From a virus: DNA of 64,000 bases. Shown piece by piece: positions 9,624 to 19,609 of the stretch (position 1 is its first letter; the number at the start of each line of letters is the position of its first letter). Under the pieces are notes generated by a model, which made no database searches, was not told the origin of the DNA, and saw only the letters and a list, made by a program, of their open reading frames with translations. Location of the stretch: the UHGV virus genome UHGV-1373362; one strand, written 5' to 3'. Position numbers and translations under genes: made by a program.

Positions 9624-10142
9624 ATGATTAGAGCAGAATTTATTACAGGTTCATTTGTTGACTATATAGGCTTAGAAAGGCAATTCGTATTGGCTGCAGC
9701 TAGTATTCATGGAGAGTCCGACTTATATGTAGAAGAGAACTTAGAATGTATTGATACCGGTGACAAGGTATTATCTCTAGGTATTTCGGTTTGCAGAGCT
9801 GGTGACGAGTTTAACGTAGAACTTGGCAAGAAAATTGCATTGGGTAAGGCAATTAAACGCCGTAATCATGCAATGTATGCAACAGATGCAGGATTAATCA
9901 ATGATACGGTGGTGAAGGCCTTACTTCAACAAGAGGCGGAGTATTTTAAAGTTAATCCTGGCCGTTATATCACTGGATATGACAAAGATGCTGCAAGATA
10001 TAAGAAGGGAAAGGAACTATGTGAGTATATTCAAAGTCTCTCTGGGGACGCAAAAGGTGCTTTTAACTTCTTAACGGAAGCCCCGAATGATGACATTGAG
10101 AAACTTCTTGATGCCGCTAATTACATGAATGAGAAGGGGTGA
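9624..10142 (+). CDS. hypothetical protein
   Basis: ORF only. Confidence 0.4.
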   Translation: MIRAEFITGSFVDYIGLERQFVLAAASIHGESDLYVEENLECIDTGDKVLSLGISVCRAGDEFNVELGKKIALGKAIKRRNHAMYATDAGLINDTVVKALLQQEAEYFKVNPGRYITGYDKDAARYKKGKELCEYIQSLSGDAKGAFNFLTEAPNDDIEKLLDAANYMNEKG

Positions 10143-10444
10143 AAAAACTCCTCTGGGCAATACTAATTATAATGGCAGTGGCCATTATTATATGGCGCCC
10201 TAAACATGAAGAAAACATAACACCTAACTATCAGGAGTTAATTCACAGGATTGATTCCTTGGATAGTCAACTGAATTTATTAAAACTTGAAAGGGATTCT
10301 TTATATAACGTGATAGATTCCTCGGTTGCTAAGGTGGAAGTAATAGAGCATTGGTATGAAAAGGAGCTTATTGATGTTACTCATCAGTCTATTGCCGATG
10401 ATGTGGTGTTCTTCACAGAATACCTATCCGAAGCTAGTAAGTGA
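10139..10444 (+). CDS. type-II membrane protein with coiled coil (i-spanin-like topology)
   Basis: N-terminal TM (LLWAILIIMAVAIIIW) followed by a coiled-coil region. Confidence 0.35.
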   Translation: MKKLLWAILIIMAVAIIIWRPKHEENITPNYQELIHRIDSLDSQLNLLKLERDSLYNVIDSSVAKVEVIEHWYEKELIDVTHQSIADDVVFFTEYLSEASK

Positions 10445-10769
10445 TTCACTGATCGCTATAACTCCACAACAGCTCAAAGCCACAAACTTGATATTCTTAG
10501 AACATAAGAGGTATAAGTTAGAAATACCAGAGCTTAACAAGCAAATTACTTCTTATAGAGGTTTAGTCAACTCCTACATGGAGTCTGATTCTGTCAAATC
10601 AGAGCAGATACTTTGGCTTAATAGTTATATTACTGAAGTAAATAAGACTGTAGAGTTAAAGAGTAGGGAGATTGATAAACTTAGTTCTAGGAATAGACTC
10701 TATAAGGGATTAACAATATGTGGATTTACTGTTAGTGTGGTGTTAGTAATTGCATTGTTATGTAATTAA
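10356..10769 (+). CDS. membrane/secreted protein overlapping the previous gene out of frame
   Basis: Begins inside 10139-10444 in a different frame. N-terminal signal-like LLISLLPMMWCSS, coiled-coil middle, C-terminal TM. Confidence 0.35.
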   Translation: MKRSLLMLLISLLPMMWCSSQNTYPKLVSDSLIAITPQQLKATNLIFLEHKRYKLEIPELNKQITSYRGLVNSYMESDSVKSEQILWLNSYITEVNKTVELKSREIDKLSSRNRLYKGLTICGFTVSVVLVIALLCN

Positions 10770-10804
10770 ATTTTAATAATAGATAATTTTATAAAATCAA
10801 AAGT

Positions 10805-11005
10805 ATGAACTTTACAGACATCTTTAAAGGGAGTTACCTAGTGGCTCTTATAGGTGCAGTTATTGTCTGTGCAGTATTAACTCTATTTGGTGTACCCGCA
10901 ATTGCTGTATACGTAGTAATGTTTGCGTTAGGTTGCAACAACAAGAATTTTGCTGAATGGATAGAAGATAAGGTCTTAAGTAAACTAAGAGACCTATTTC
11001 AATAA
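10805..11005 (+). CDS. small two-TM membrane protein (holin-like)
   Basis: 66 aa with two hydrophobic helices and a charged C-terminal tail. Confidence 0.35.
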   Translation: MNFTDIFKGSYLVALIGAVIVCAVLTLFGVPAIAVYVVMFALGCNNKNFAEWIEDKVLSKLRDLFQ

Positions 11006-11034
11006 CATGTTATCTGAATTAGTTAAGTTGGCAA

Positions 11035-11232
11035 GTGACCTTTAGGGTGTTACTTACTAAAATGGCAAAACAAATCGACTCTACTTCTTTCGATCGAGAT
11101 AAGGATGGAGTTAAATTCCAACATCCAGAGAGAACATGTAAGGAATGTTTGAAATACCCATGCTTCCGAGGTCAAGAATCTCGTAGGTGTGATTATGCCA
11201 AATATGGATGTAAGAAGTATAAAGATGAATAA
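11035..11232 (+). CDS. small Cys-rich protein
   Basis: CKEC...C...C...C pattern; possible zinc binding. Confidence 0.3.
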   Translation: MTFRVLLTKMAKQIDSTSFDRDKDGVKFQHPERTCKECLKYPCFRGQESRRCDYAKYGCKKYKDE

Positions 11233-11252
11233 CGTTTAAGTAATACACTGAG

Positions 11253-11474
11253 ATGGCATTATACAATATTTATACAGGACACAAGGGTAAATTAAATTAC
11301 GAAATAACAGAAGAATTTAGTAATGCGCTAGAGGCAGATCTATATGCTCAGGAAATAGCTGAAACGGATGCTCGTGAATTTGGGTATCCTATTAGTGATT
11401 GTTATTGGTTAGCTGTAGAAACTGAATCAGATAATATCCCTTATGATCAACGTGTTGGATTAATGTACATATAA
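11253..11474 (+). CDS. hypothetical protein
   Basis: ORF only; stop overlaps the next start. Confidence 0.35.
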   Translation: MALYNIYTGHKGKLNYEITEEFSNALEADLYAQEIAETDAREFGYPISDCYWLAVETESDNIPYDQRVGLMYI

Positions 11475-11767
11475 TGGGAGTCATTCATGCCAAGTTACTT
11501 GCCTATAGGGAGGACGTAGGTGATTACATCATCTATGCTTTTGAAAACTTAACGGACGGGACTTATGAAATATGTACCCGATTGCCTAGATGGGAATCTC
11601 CGATTCTTAAAGTGGGTGATATCGGGTTTCTAAAGTATAAGGAGGTTGTAGCTGGTGAGGATACTTGGTATGACTGGACTACCGGTCGTCATGTGCCTTA
11701 CAAACAACCAGGAGTATACTTTATAGACTTCGTTTGTGAGAAACCAGTTGAAGATTTAACATTATAA
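11474..11767 (+). CDS. hypothetical protein
   Basis: ORF only. Confidence 0.35.
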   Translation: MGVIHAKLLAYREDVGDYIIYAFENLTDGTYEICTRLPRWESPILKVGDIGFLKYKEVVAGEDTWYDWTTGRHVPYKQPGVYFIDFVCEKPVEDLTL

Positions 11768-11830
11768 ACAGATGAAACAGAATAATAGAAGAGATTATTT
11801 TATATAAAAGAAGAAATATAAAATGACAAT

Positions 11831-12670
11831 ATGATTAAAGAAAAATTGGCTGCTGCTATCGCTAAAAAGAATAATGACATCACTACCTTCGTATGGAAGG
11901 GTCGCAAGGTTGAAGTAAATGGACAACTCGTACAAGAGGAGAAAAGACTTGTTGATTGTTCAGAGAATGAGCTAAGAGGCTTCTATAACCATTGTGAGTC
12001 TATGCTTCATAATGACAGTAAGGAATACCCTGGAAGGTATGTCTTAATGAACATCATTGAGGATCAGAGAAGGAGATGTAACACAGAACTATTCTTACGT
12101 TGGCTAGAACAAGATAGGGGCATTCCAAGATTTACGTTCCTTGCTTCCTTAAGAGCATTCTTAGATAACAATAAGGGCTTAGATACCAAGGAGGCAACAA
12201 TTTCAGAAGTACTAATAGGGGAGTGTCCAGTGGAGTTTGCCAAAGTTCCAGTGGATATGGTACTCGAAGGTTGCTTGGATAAACTAGGTAAGTTTAACAA
12301 ACAACATATTACCCTAACATTTATCCTAAAACAGGGCTTGTGGTTTACACAACAAGAGTCCAAGGATTTAACTGAGAAAACTCCTAATGGAGAATTTCGT
12401 GAGAAGGCAGAAGTTGCCAAAGAAAGACTAGGACTGAAACCAACTGTAAATTTGTATATGACTCCAAAAGGATTGTCATTTACTCAGTTACGTGCTATGG
12501 TAAATTTGAAGAGCAAGAAATACTCTGAACTTACCACTGCTCAATTAGAGACATTGAGGAATAGAATATTATATTCTTTGGAAGACGATGTTAAATTCCA
12601 TGCTAATCAATGGGAGACCCGCAAGAACCAGATCAAGATGGTTTGTGAGTCTAAGGGATATACTCTTTAA
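11831..12670 (+). CDS. hypothetical protein (279 aa)
   Basis: ORF only. Confidence 0.45.
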   Translation: MIKEKLAAAIAKKNNDITTFVWKGRKVEVNGQLVQEEKRLVDCSENELRGFYNHCESMLHNDSKEYPGRYVLMNIIEDQRRRCNTELFLRWLEQDRGIPRFTFLASLRAFLDNNKGLDTKEATISEVLIGECPVEFAKVPVDMVLEGCLDKLGKFNKQHITLTFILKQGLWFTQQESKDLTEKTPNGEFREKAEVAKERLGLKPTVNLYMTPKGLSFTQLRAMVNLKSKKYSELTTAQLETLRNRILYSLEDDVKFHANQWETRKNQIKMVCESKGYTL

Positions 12671-12766
12671 GGTTAGCTCATTCTACTCACCTGAGTACTA
12701 TGCATTACTGTTAAGTTATATAACTACTATTTAGTTTGAGTAAACTTAGGGATTTATTAGTAGTAT

Positions 12767-14035
12767 ATGGCAGACTTATTTGGTAATCTAAGTAGAACAG
12801 AACGTCAAGAACAAGGGGTTCAGAAATGGGTAGATAATAAGTTATGTGGGACACTTAACTGGGCAACAGGTGTTGGTAAAACTAGGGGAGGTATGATGGC
12901 TATATCAAGATTCCTAAAGAAGAATCCTAACAGGTCTGTCATTATTGTAGTTCCTAGCGAGCCGGTAAAAGAACAGTGGAATAAGGAACTGATTGAATGG
13001 AACCTATTCCAACAGTGTTCAGTAAAGACTATGAATGACACATCTATAAATGAATACACATGCAGTCTATTAGTTATAGATGAAATTCATAAAATAGGGG
13101 CACCTACATTGCTGAATATATTTAAAAACATCCGATATACAGTGATTCTCGGTTTAACTGCCACGTTTCACAGACTGGATGGTAAAGATGAAATTATCCG
13201 TAAGCATTGTCCTATCGTAGATATAATACCTATTGATGAGGCTATAACAAACGGATGGCTCTCTGATTATAGAGAGTATGAGGTTCTAATAGAACCCAAT
13301 GATATTGAAGTTTATAAAGAGATAAATAGGGAGTTTTACCAACATTTCTCATATTTTAATAATGATTTTCAGCTAGCTATGAACTGTGTCAAGGACTGGA
13401 AGCTTAGATCATCCTTAGCATCTGAGAAATGTAAAGCCAATCCAAACATGGAATTTAAGGATGTCAATAAGCAAATCCTTGTTCATGCTATGGGATTTAG
13501 TAGAACCCTACAAGCTCGAAAGAAATATATATATACCCATCCCAGGAAAATTGAACTAACTAATCTTATATTGGAACATAGAAAGGATAAAAAATGTATC
13601 ACCTTCAGTGCTTATGTTTCCATGGCTGAGAAAATCAAGTATGGTTCGGTATATTCAGGTAAAGATACTGTTAAGAAGGGTAGGATGACATTATCTGAAT
13701 TTATACAAGCTGACGGGGGGGTATTGAACACTGTTATGAAGTTAAACGAAGGTTTTAACTGTCCCGACATTAGTGTCTCAGTCATACTGGGGTTTAATAG
13801 TAGTAGTACTGCTAAAACACAACGGATTGGCAGAGTTATTAGGCACAAGGAGGGGAAAGTATCAGAAGTATTTACTTTAGTTCTTAAGGGAACCGTAGAG
13901 GAAGAATGGTATCGGAGAAGCTCCTCTGGGGGGAAGTATATTACTATTGGTGAGGATGATCTTCTAAACGTACTGGAGGGTAAAGAAGTTATTCCTAAGA
14001 AGAAAAAGCAAACTAAAATGATATTTAGATTCTAA
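12767..14035 (+). CDS. superfamily-2 DNA helicase (UvsW/DEAD-DEAH-like)
   Basis: Walker A GVGKT, motif II LLVIDEIHK, motif III LTAT, motif VI QRIGRVIR. Confidence 0.8.
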   Translation: MADLFGNLSRTERQEQGVQKWVDNKLCGTLNWATGVGKTRGGMMAISRFLKKNPNRSVIIVVPSEPVKEQWNKELIEWNLFQQCSVKTMNDTSINEYTCSLLVIDEIHKIGAPTLLNIFKNIRYTVILGLTATFHRLDGKDEIIRKHCPIVDIIPIDEAITNGWLSDYREYEVLIEPNDIEVYKEINREFYQHFSYFNNDFQLAMNCVKDWKLRSSLASEKCKANPNMEFKDVNKQILVHAMGFSRTLQARKKYIYTHPRKIELTNLILEHRKDKKCITFSAYVSMAEKIKYGSVYSGKDTVKKGRMTLSEFIQADGGVLNTVMKLNEGFNCPDISVSVILGFNSSSTAKTQRIGRVIRHKEGKVSEVFTLVLKGTVEEEWYRRSSSGGKYITIGEDDLLNVLEGKEVIPKKKKQTKMIFRF

Positions 14036-14229
14036 TGTTTGAGGTGACTTATTACGATATTTCATCCAGAAGTGCAACATCTTCTTCTATTACGAAGACG
14101 GCAGATGCCATAGAAGTATTGAAATATTTAGAGAAAGCACAGGATAAGCGTATTATTATAGCTTCTCTTACATTTGGGGGCAAGCGTTTAGATGTTAGCA
14201 CACTATGTTTATCCCTACAATTTAAGTAG
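14035..14229 (+). CDS. hypothetical small protein
   Basis: TAATG overlap with the helicase stop. Confidence 0.25.
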   Translation: MFEVTYYDISSRSATSSSITKTADAIEVLKYLEKAQDKRIIIASLTFGGKRLDVSTLCLSLQFK

Positions 14230-14234
14230 ATCCA

Positions 14235-14266
14235 TTTGGTAATTCGAGAGATTTCTACTATCTTTG
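14235..14266 (+). promoter_or_regulatory. Bacteroidota-type promoter (-33 TTTG / -7 TAtcTTTG)
   Basis: TTTG at 14235-38, 20-nt spacer, TATCTTTG at 14259-66, about 20 nt upstream of the ATG at 14288. Confidence 0.45.
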
Positions 14267-14287
14267 TACTCTTAACATCTTAGTAAG

Positions 14288-14479
14288 ATGACAACAGAAA
14301 GAATGTTAGAACTCATTATACTTAACAAATTCATGGACAGATATAACAATATGCCTCCACAAGCTAAAGCACTTATTTGTGAGAAAATTTGTATATCTAA
14401 GGTGGATGAGAGAATACTTATGTTAGGAGAAGAGTTCTTAGCCCCATATGTAATTGATAACACTTCGAGAGAAGGATAA
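14288..14479 (+). CDS. hypothetical small protein
   Basis: Follows a promoter-like box; the antisense ORF at this position was rejected. Confidence 0.3.
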   Translation: MTTERMLELIILNKFMDRYNNMPPQAKALICEKICISKVDERILMLGEEFLAPYVIDNTSREG

Positions 14480-14528
14480 AACGTTTACAGTTAGTAGATT
14501 GTTAGTTATTGGCTAATGATTTATTTAA

Positions 14529-15149
14529 TTGGAAAAATTAAGTTTAACGATTGGTAATCAATTAACAATGATGGAGAAATACAGGCTTACAGCAGAAGAA
14601 GTCTTGTTAATTGAATTATTATTTTTAGCAAGTATTGAAGAAGGGCATAAGGAATATCTAGTTAAATATTTTACAATGCCTATAACTAGAACCAATCTTA
14701 GGGATCTTTTAGTTAGTCTTCAAGAAAAGGGAATTATTACTAAACAGTATAAGATTCCGGATAAGGGTCAAAAGTTTGATCCTGAGAGTGTCATATTTAA
14801 TCAGAACTTCCTTAATAACTATAGGAAATTCAGTGGAGATCTAGGAGCAGAGTTCCTGATGACCTATCCTCATAATGGTATTATTAATGGTGTAGAGGTT
14901 CCACTCAATAACTGGGCTAAGAAGTTCAGTACAGAAGAGGAATTTTATTATGCCTATGGTAAGTCTATAGGTTGGAAGCTAGACAAACACAATGAGGTTC
15001 TTGAATTAGTTAAGTGGGCGAAGGATAATAATTGTAATCTACTTAATATGAATGTAGCTGATTTTGCTGTTAGTAAGATTTGGCAAAACATAGCAGAACT
15101 CAAGAATGGAGATGGGCTTATGAGGTTTGATACTATTACTTCTATTTGA
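14529..15149 (+). CDS. hypothetical protein
   Basis: Stop overlaps the start of the DnaB-like gene (TGATG); possible helicase partner. Confidence 0.45.
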   Translation: MEKLSLTIGNQLTMMEKYRLTAEEVLLIELLFLASIEEGHKEYLVKYFTMPITRTNLRDLLVSLQEKGIITKQYKIPDKGQKFDPESVIFNQNFLNNYRKFSGDLGAEFLMTYPHNGIINGVEVPLNNWAKKFSTEEEFYYAYGKSIGWKLDKHNEVLELVKWAKDNNCNLLNMNVADFAVSKIWQNIAELKNGDGLMRFDTITSI

Positions 15150-16246
15150 TGGGTAAATATACAAAGAGGCTTAAAAGCCTAATTGATAAAGGAAGAGCTG
15201 GGGAGAATCATGCATTGACAATGGGGCTTCCTAAACTGGAGAGATTTGTCGATGGTGTAGCACAGGAAACATATTATTTAATAGCTGGAGGTACTGGTTC
15301 TGGTAAAACTTCCTTTGCACTACACTCATTTATCTATAAACCTTTAATGGAGAACATTGACAATCCAAACTTTCATATTATATATTTTAGTTTAGAAATG
15401 ACTGCTGAGCAATTACTTGGTAAAATTCTTTCTATTTATATATATGAAACATTTGGTGTAGAGTTATCCTTTAAGGAGTTATTATCTAGGAGTAAGGACA
15501 TTACTTTGTCAGATGAGAACTATGAACTAGTGTGTAACTCGTTAGATATGCTTGATAAGATCGAATCTCATATGATAATATATGACAAACCACTAAATAA
15601 CCAGCGAATGTGTGAGTTCATAATTGAAACTCTTAAACAGTTTGGTGAATTTGATGGAGATACATATACATTACACAATCCAAATCATATTATTTTAGTA
15701 GCTTTAGACCATATTGGTTTAGCTAGACCTTCTATTGGTAACACTAAAAAGGATGAGATGGATGCCATGTCTTCTTCCTTAGTATCATTCAGGAATAAGT
15801 GCAAAGTCAGCCCTGTGGTAGTAATGCAGGTAAATAGAGGTGCTTCTAATGTCGAGAGGCGTAAGTTGAACTTCCAAGAATTACAGTTAGATGATTTGAA
15901 GGGTTCTGGCAATCCTTCTGAGGATGCTAACATCGTAATTGCCCTGTTTTATCCGTTTAGGGAGAAGATGTCTACATATAGAGGATATGACATTACTAAG
16001 TTAGGTGAAAATTTTAGAAGTGCAGTAGTTCTGAAAAATAGATGGGGTGCAGCTGATATTGCTGTAGGTTTAGGGTTTTATGGTAAAACTGGTTTATTTA
16101 AAGAATTACCTATTGCATCTAAAATTATTGACTATGATAAGTACAGTACACCAAATTGGTGCGTTTCAACATTAGATTTACAATGTACTGAAGAGATCGA
16201 ACCAGAAATAATAGATTCAAGTGAGAAAATGACTTTAGTTCTATAA
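15149..16246 (+). CDS. DnaB-family replicative helicase (C-terminal RecA-like domain)
   Basis: Walker A GGTGSGKTSFALH, Walker B-like ILVALDHIG, and LKGSGNPSEDANIVIALF matching DnaB/gp41 motif H4. The listed start at 15146 is TTG; ATG is at 15149. Confidence 0.75.
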   Translation: MGKYTKRLKSLIDKGRAGENHALTMGLPKLERFVDGVAQETYYLIAGGTGSGKTSFALHSFIYKPLMENIDNPNFHIIYFSLEMTAEQLLGKILSIYIYETFGVELSFKELLSRSKDITLSDENYELVCNSLDMLDKIESHMIIYDKPLNNQRMCEFIIETLKQFGEFDGDTYTLHNPNHIILVALDHIGLARPSIGNTKKDEMDAMSSSLVSFRNKCKVSPVVVMQVNRGASNVERRKLNFQELQLDDLKGSGNPSEDANIVIALFYPFREKMSTYRGYDITKLGENFRSAVVLKNRWGAADIAVGLGFYGKTGLFKELPIASKIIDYDKYSTPNWCVSTLDLQCTEEIEPEIIDSSEKMTLVL

Positions 16247-16249
16247 TTA

Positions 16250-16948
16250 ATGGCTGCAGAAACAATAGCGATCGTTGGTGAAAGTGGTACTGGGAAAAGT
16301 ACTAGTTTGAGAAATTTAAACCCAGATGAGACCTTTTTAATCTCTACTACGGGCAAACCTTTACCTTTTAAAGGGTACAAAAGGAAGTATAAGGAGATTA
16401 AGAAAGAGGGGTCCGAATGGGTGGGCAATTATTACGTTAGTTCCAAATATGATAAAATTATAAACATCTTGAAGATTGTAAACTTGAAGATGCCACATAT
16501 CAAACAAGTAATAATTGATGATTGGCAGTATATGTTGAGTTATGAATTTGTAGACAGGGCAACAGAAGTGGGATTTACTAAGTTTACTGAATTAGCCCAA
16601 CATGCTATGGAGGTTCTCAGGTACTCAGAGCAAATGAGGGAATCCTGCAAAATGATCTTCTTGACCCATTCCGAAAACGTTGGTGACGCAATCAACCCTA
16701 AATATACAATCAAAACTATTGGTAAGTTGTTGGCTGAGAAAGTAACCCTAGAGGGTCTATTTACTTATGTATTCTTTACCAAAGTATCAGAAGGGGAATC
16801 TGGTAGAATGGATTATAAATTCCTTACTAATACTGATGGAGAGTGTGTAGCTAAAACTCCAATGGGAATGTTTGAAGAGTTGTTAATTGACAATGATTTG
16901 AATGAGATTATACGGGTAATTGATGAGTATAACAACGATGAAGAATGA
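16250..16948 (+). CDS. P-loop ATPase (AAA_24/Sak4-like)
   Basis: IAIVGESGTGKSTSLRNL Walker A right at the N-terminus; about 230 aa, as for phage RecA-like/Sak4 ATPases. Confidence 0.5.
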   Translation: MAAETIAIVGESGTGKSTSLRNLNPDETFLISTTGKPLPFKGYKRKYKEIKKEGSEWVGNYYVSSKYDKIINILKIVNLKMPHIKQVIIDDWQYMLSYEFVDRATEVGFTKFTELAQHAMEVLRYSEQMRESCKMIFLTHSENVGDAINPKYTIKTIGKLLAEKVTLEGLFTYVFFTKVSEGESGRMDYKFLTNTDGECVAKTPMGMFEELLIDNDLNEIIRVIDEYNNDEE

Positions 16949-17514
16949 TTATTAAGATGATGATTACCTTTGACTATAATCCTGATACCAAGGAATGTGT
17001 TCTCCTAAAACAGGAACAGGTCAAGGAAAAATCTCCCAAGACTACAAGTAAGGCTGAGGCAGCGGAAGAATCTGCTGAACCTCAGATTACATTAGAGTCA
17101 AATAAATACGTGCTTAACAAAGCTGCTGCTGAACTTATGGGAGTCCAGTGGGAAGACCGATTAGATATTAAATACCAAAAAGTAGATAAATTAACATTCC
17201 CTATTATTGGAACTGATACAGCTTGGAAAACTAAGTCTGGTAACAAGCTTACCAAGAGTTTAACAGTATGTTGCAGGGGTAATGCTAATGAAATGTTGTC
17301 TAAATATGGCGATACATTTACCGTAACTCCCTGGAAGGGCCATAATAACTTATTTGTCCTCGTGGGTAACAAGGACAGGGCAGAGGAACCGGTAGTAGAG
17401 GATAGTAATATACAGATTAAAGAGGATGAAAATCCAGTAGAAGATTTACCATTAGATACTGAATTAGATGATGAAGAAGCGTACAAGATTGACGATTTAA
17501 CATTTGAACTCTAA
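16945..17514 (+). CDS. hypothetical acidic protein
   Basis: ATGA overlap; acidic C-terminal tail. Confidence 0.4.
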   Translation: MIIKMMITFDYNPDTKECVLLKQEQVKEKSPKTTSKAEAAEESAEPQITLESNKYVLNKAAAELMGVQWEDRLDIKYQKVDKLTFPIIGTDTAWKTKSGNKLTKSLTVCCRGNANEMLSKYGDTFTVTPWKGHNNLFVLVGNKDRAEEPVVEDSNIQIKEDENPVEDLPLDTELDDEEAYKIDDLTFEL

Positions 17515-17528
17515 AATCTTTATATATT

Positions 17529-18191
17529 ATGGCAGGAATGACATTTAACTTAGGTGGAACTAAAGGTACAGCAATTGTAAGACTAAAACCTTGGAATATT
17601 TATAACGTAGTGTTTAAGGGTATTGATTATACCTCTGGCACCAATAAGGAAGGAAATCCTTGGCAGGGTATGAAAATCAAATTCTCTAGTGAGGAAGGTG
17701 TTTTTGAACCTGTAATTTTCTGTCCAGGTGAGAAGGGTGATGAGAGATTGTCAGGGGAAACTAACGGTAAGAAGTGGGAATTACCTTCTAACCTTGAATC
17801 CTTGAAATTTACTATTGCTCACTTATTAGATAGCTTGTGTCCAGAAAATGTAGAGAAGTTTAACAAGGTATCTTGGACTTTACCTGATGAGTTTAACAAA
17901 TTGGTGGAGTTACTTAATAAGGCTCTATCTAAGGCTGTAAACAAGTCAACTAAGTTGAAATTAATTGGTAATAGTAAGGGATATGCTTCCTTACCCAACT
18001 TTGTTTCAATTAATAAAGAAGGTGAAGCGTACATCTCTAACAACTGGCTAGGTGATAACGTGGCTTTCTCAGATTATGAAATGAAACAAATGGAAAGACA
18101 AAAGAATGCTAAGCCAACCTCAGCTCCAGAAGAGCCAACTGATTCTGTAAGTGAATCAGCAGGTAATGAGGACTTGGATTTTGAAGTCTAA
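17529..18191 (+). CDS. putative single-stranded DNA-binding protein
   Basis: Sits between the ATPase and primase. The acidic C-terminal tail ending EDLDFEV resembles SSB/gp32 protein-interaction tails. Weak call. Confidence 0.35.
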   Translation: MAGMTFNLGGTKGTAIVRLKPWNIYNVVFKGIDYTSGTNKEGNPWQGMKIKFSSEEGVFEPVIFCPGEKGDERLSGETNGKKWELPSNLESLKFTIAHLLDSLCPENVEKFNKVSWTLPDEFNKLVELLNKALSKAVNKSTKLKLIGNSKGYASLPNFVSINKEGEAYISNNWLGDNVAFSDYEMKQMERQKNAKPTSAPEEPTDSVSESAGNEDLDFEV

Positions 18192-18210
18192 CATATAATT
18201 AGTAAGTTTG
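18180..18210 (+). promoter_or_regulatory. Bacteroidota-type promoter
   Basis: TTTG at 18180-83, 19-nt spacer, TAAGTTTG at 18203-10, about 28 nt upstream of the ATG at 18239. Confidence 0.4.
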
Positions 18211-18238
18211 TAGTTCTGAAATAAACATATAAATTAAT

Positions 18239-19258
18239 ATGGAATTAAACTTTGGACCTACAATTACTAAGCAATACCTGTTAGACAGAGCATCTCAAGA
18301 AACATATTTAGAATATTATTTAGGCATCCCCGTTAAAAAGGGTTTGTTTAAATCACCTCTAAGAGCAGATAATAGTCCAACTTGTGCCTTTTATAGGAAT
18401 AAATCAGGCGACATTATCTTTAAGGATTTTAGTGGAGCATTTTATGGCAATTTTATTAGTGTAGTCATGTACAAGTATGGCTTAACTTATTATAAAGCAT
18501 TAAGAATGATTGCTAATGATTTCGGCTACATTAAACATCCCACGCTTATTAAAAACCCAAAACCTGTTACTGTTAGTACAAGTGATTTCAAGGAATCTAA
18601 GGAGGCTAACATACAGGTTGAAATTCAGGATTTCACGGAAGATGAACTGAATTGGTGGTTGAAATTTGGTATTACGGAGAAGATTCTTAAAAAGTTTAAG
18701 GTCTTCTCCTGTAAGACCGTATTTTTAAATGGTAACTTCTTTAGGAGTTCCACTAAAAGTAGTCCTATATTCGGATATTATAGAGGTAAAACTGAAGATG
18801 GCACCGAATTATGGAGAATATATTTTCCAAAGCATAAGAAGAATGATATAAGGTTTCTCTCGAATTGGAAATCTATACTTCTACAAGGCAGCAAGCAGTT
18901 GCCTAAAGAGGATGATGTCTTAGTAATCACTAAAAGTATGAAAGATGTAATGACTTTGTATTCATTAGGAATCACTGCCATTGCTCCTAATTCGGAGAAC
19001 CTATTCTTAACTGAAAATCAATATTTGAAGCTAAGGGGTAGATTTAAGAGAATGGTTGTATTTTATGATAACGACTTACCTGGTATTAGAAATATGAACA
19101 AGATTAGGAAAAAATTTCCTGATGTTGAGTGTATGTGGATACCAAGAAAGTATAATGCTAAGGACATATCAGATTTTCATTTATTATACGGTAGGGAAGC
19201 AACCCTTGAATTAATCAATTATGCCAGAAGTAGAGGAAAAGCCAAAAAGGAAGCGTAA
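18239..19258 (+). CDS. DNA primase (DnaG-like TOPRIM)
   Basis: TOPRIM elements: a conserved acidic/ITKSMKDV region and VVFYDNDLPG (DxD). The N-terminal segment SPLRADNSPTCAFY resembles a degenerate primase zinc-binding region. Confidence 0.6.
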   Translation: MELNFGPTITKQYLLDRASQETYLEYYLGIPVKKGLFKSPLRADNSPTCAFYRNKSGDIIFKDFSGAFYGNFISVVMYKYGLTYYKALRMIANDFGYIKHPTLIKNPKPVTVSTSDFKESKEANIQVEIQDFTEDELNWWLKFGITEKILKKFKVFSCKTVFLNGNFFRSSTKSSPIFGYYRGKTEDGTELWRIYFPKHKKNDIRFLSNWKSILLQGSKQLPKEDDVLVITKSMKDVMTLYSLGITAIAPNSENLFLTENQYLKLRGRFKRMVVFYDNDLPGIRNMNKIRKKFPDVECMWIPRKYNAKDISDFHLLYGREATLELINYARSRGKAKKEA

Positions 19259-19607
19259 TGGAGCCTATGCTAGACGCAAGGGTAACAATTATGAACTAAA
19301 GATTATTAAGGAGTTAATAGAATTGGGCTATGAGGGCCTTAAATCAGCTAGATCAGAATCCAAAAATCTGGATAATGATAAAATTGATATAGCTGAGACT
19401 GTAGACCACCTACCATGCTATATACAGTGTAAATGCACTAAGAATACTCCTTCTATATCTGAAATAATTAAAACATGTCCACGCAAGGACAGGCCACTTG
19501 TAATTATTTGGAACAAACAAATCGATAAAGAAGTCAACATGGCTTCAGATGGGCAATATGTTATGATGTCCAAAGAATTTTTTTATGATTTAATAAGGAA
19601 GAATTAG
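19221..19607 (+). CDS. Holliday-junction resolvase (Hjc-like PD-(D/E)xK)
   Basis: KRKRNGAYARRKGNNYELKIIKELIELGY...DNDKIDIAE...YIQCK matches the Hjc pattern (basic N-terminus, E...D...E/Q-x-K). Confidence 0.5.
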   Translation: MPEVEEKPKRKRNGAYARRKGNNYELKIIKELIELGYEGLKSARSESKNLDNDKIDIAETVDHLPCYIQCKCTKNTPSISEIIKTCPRKDRPLVIIWNKQIDKEVNMASDGQYVMMSKEFFYDLIRKN

Positions 19608-19609
19608 AT

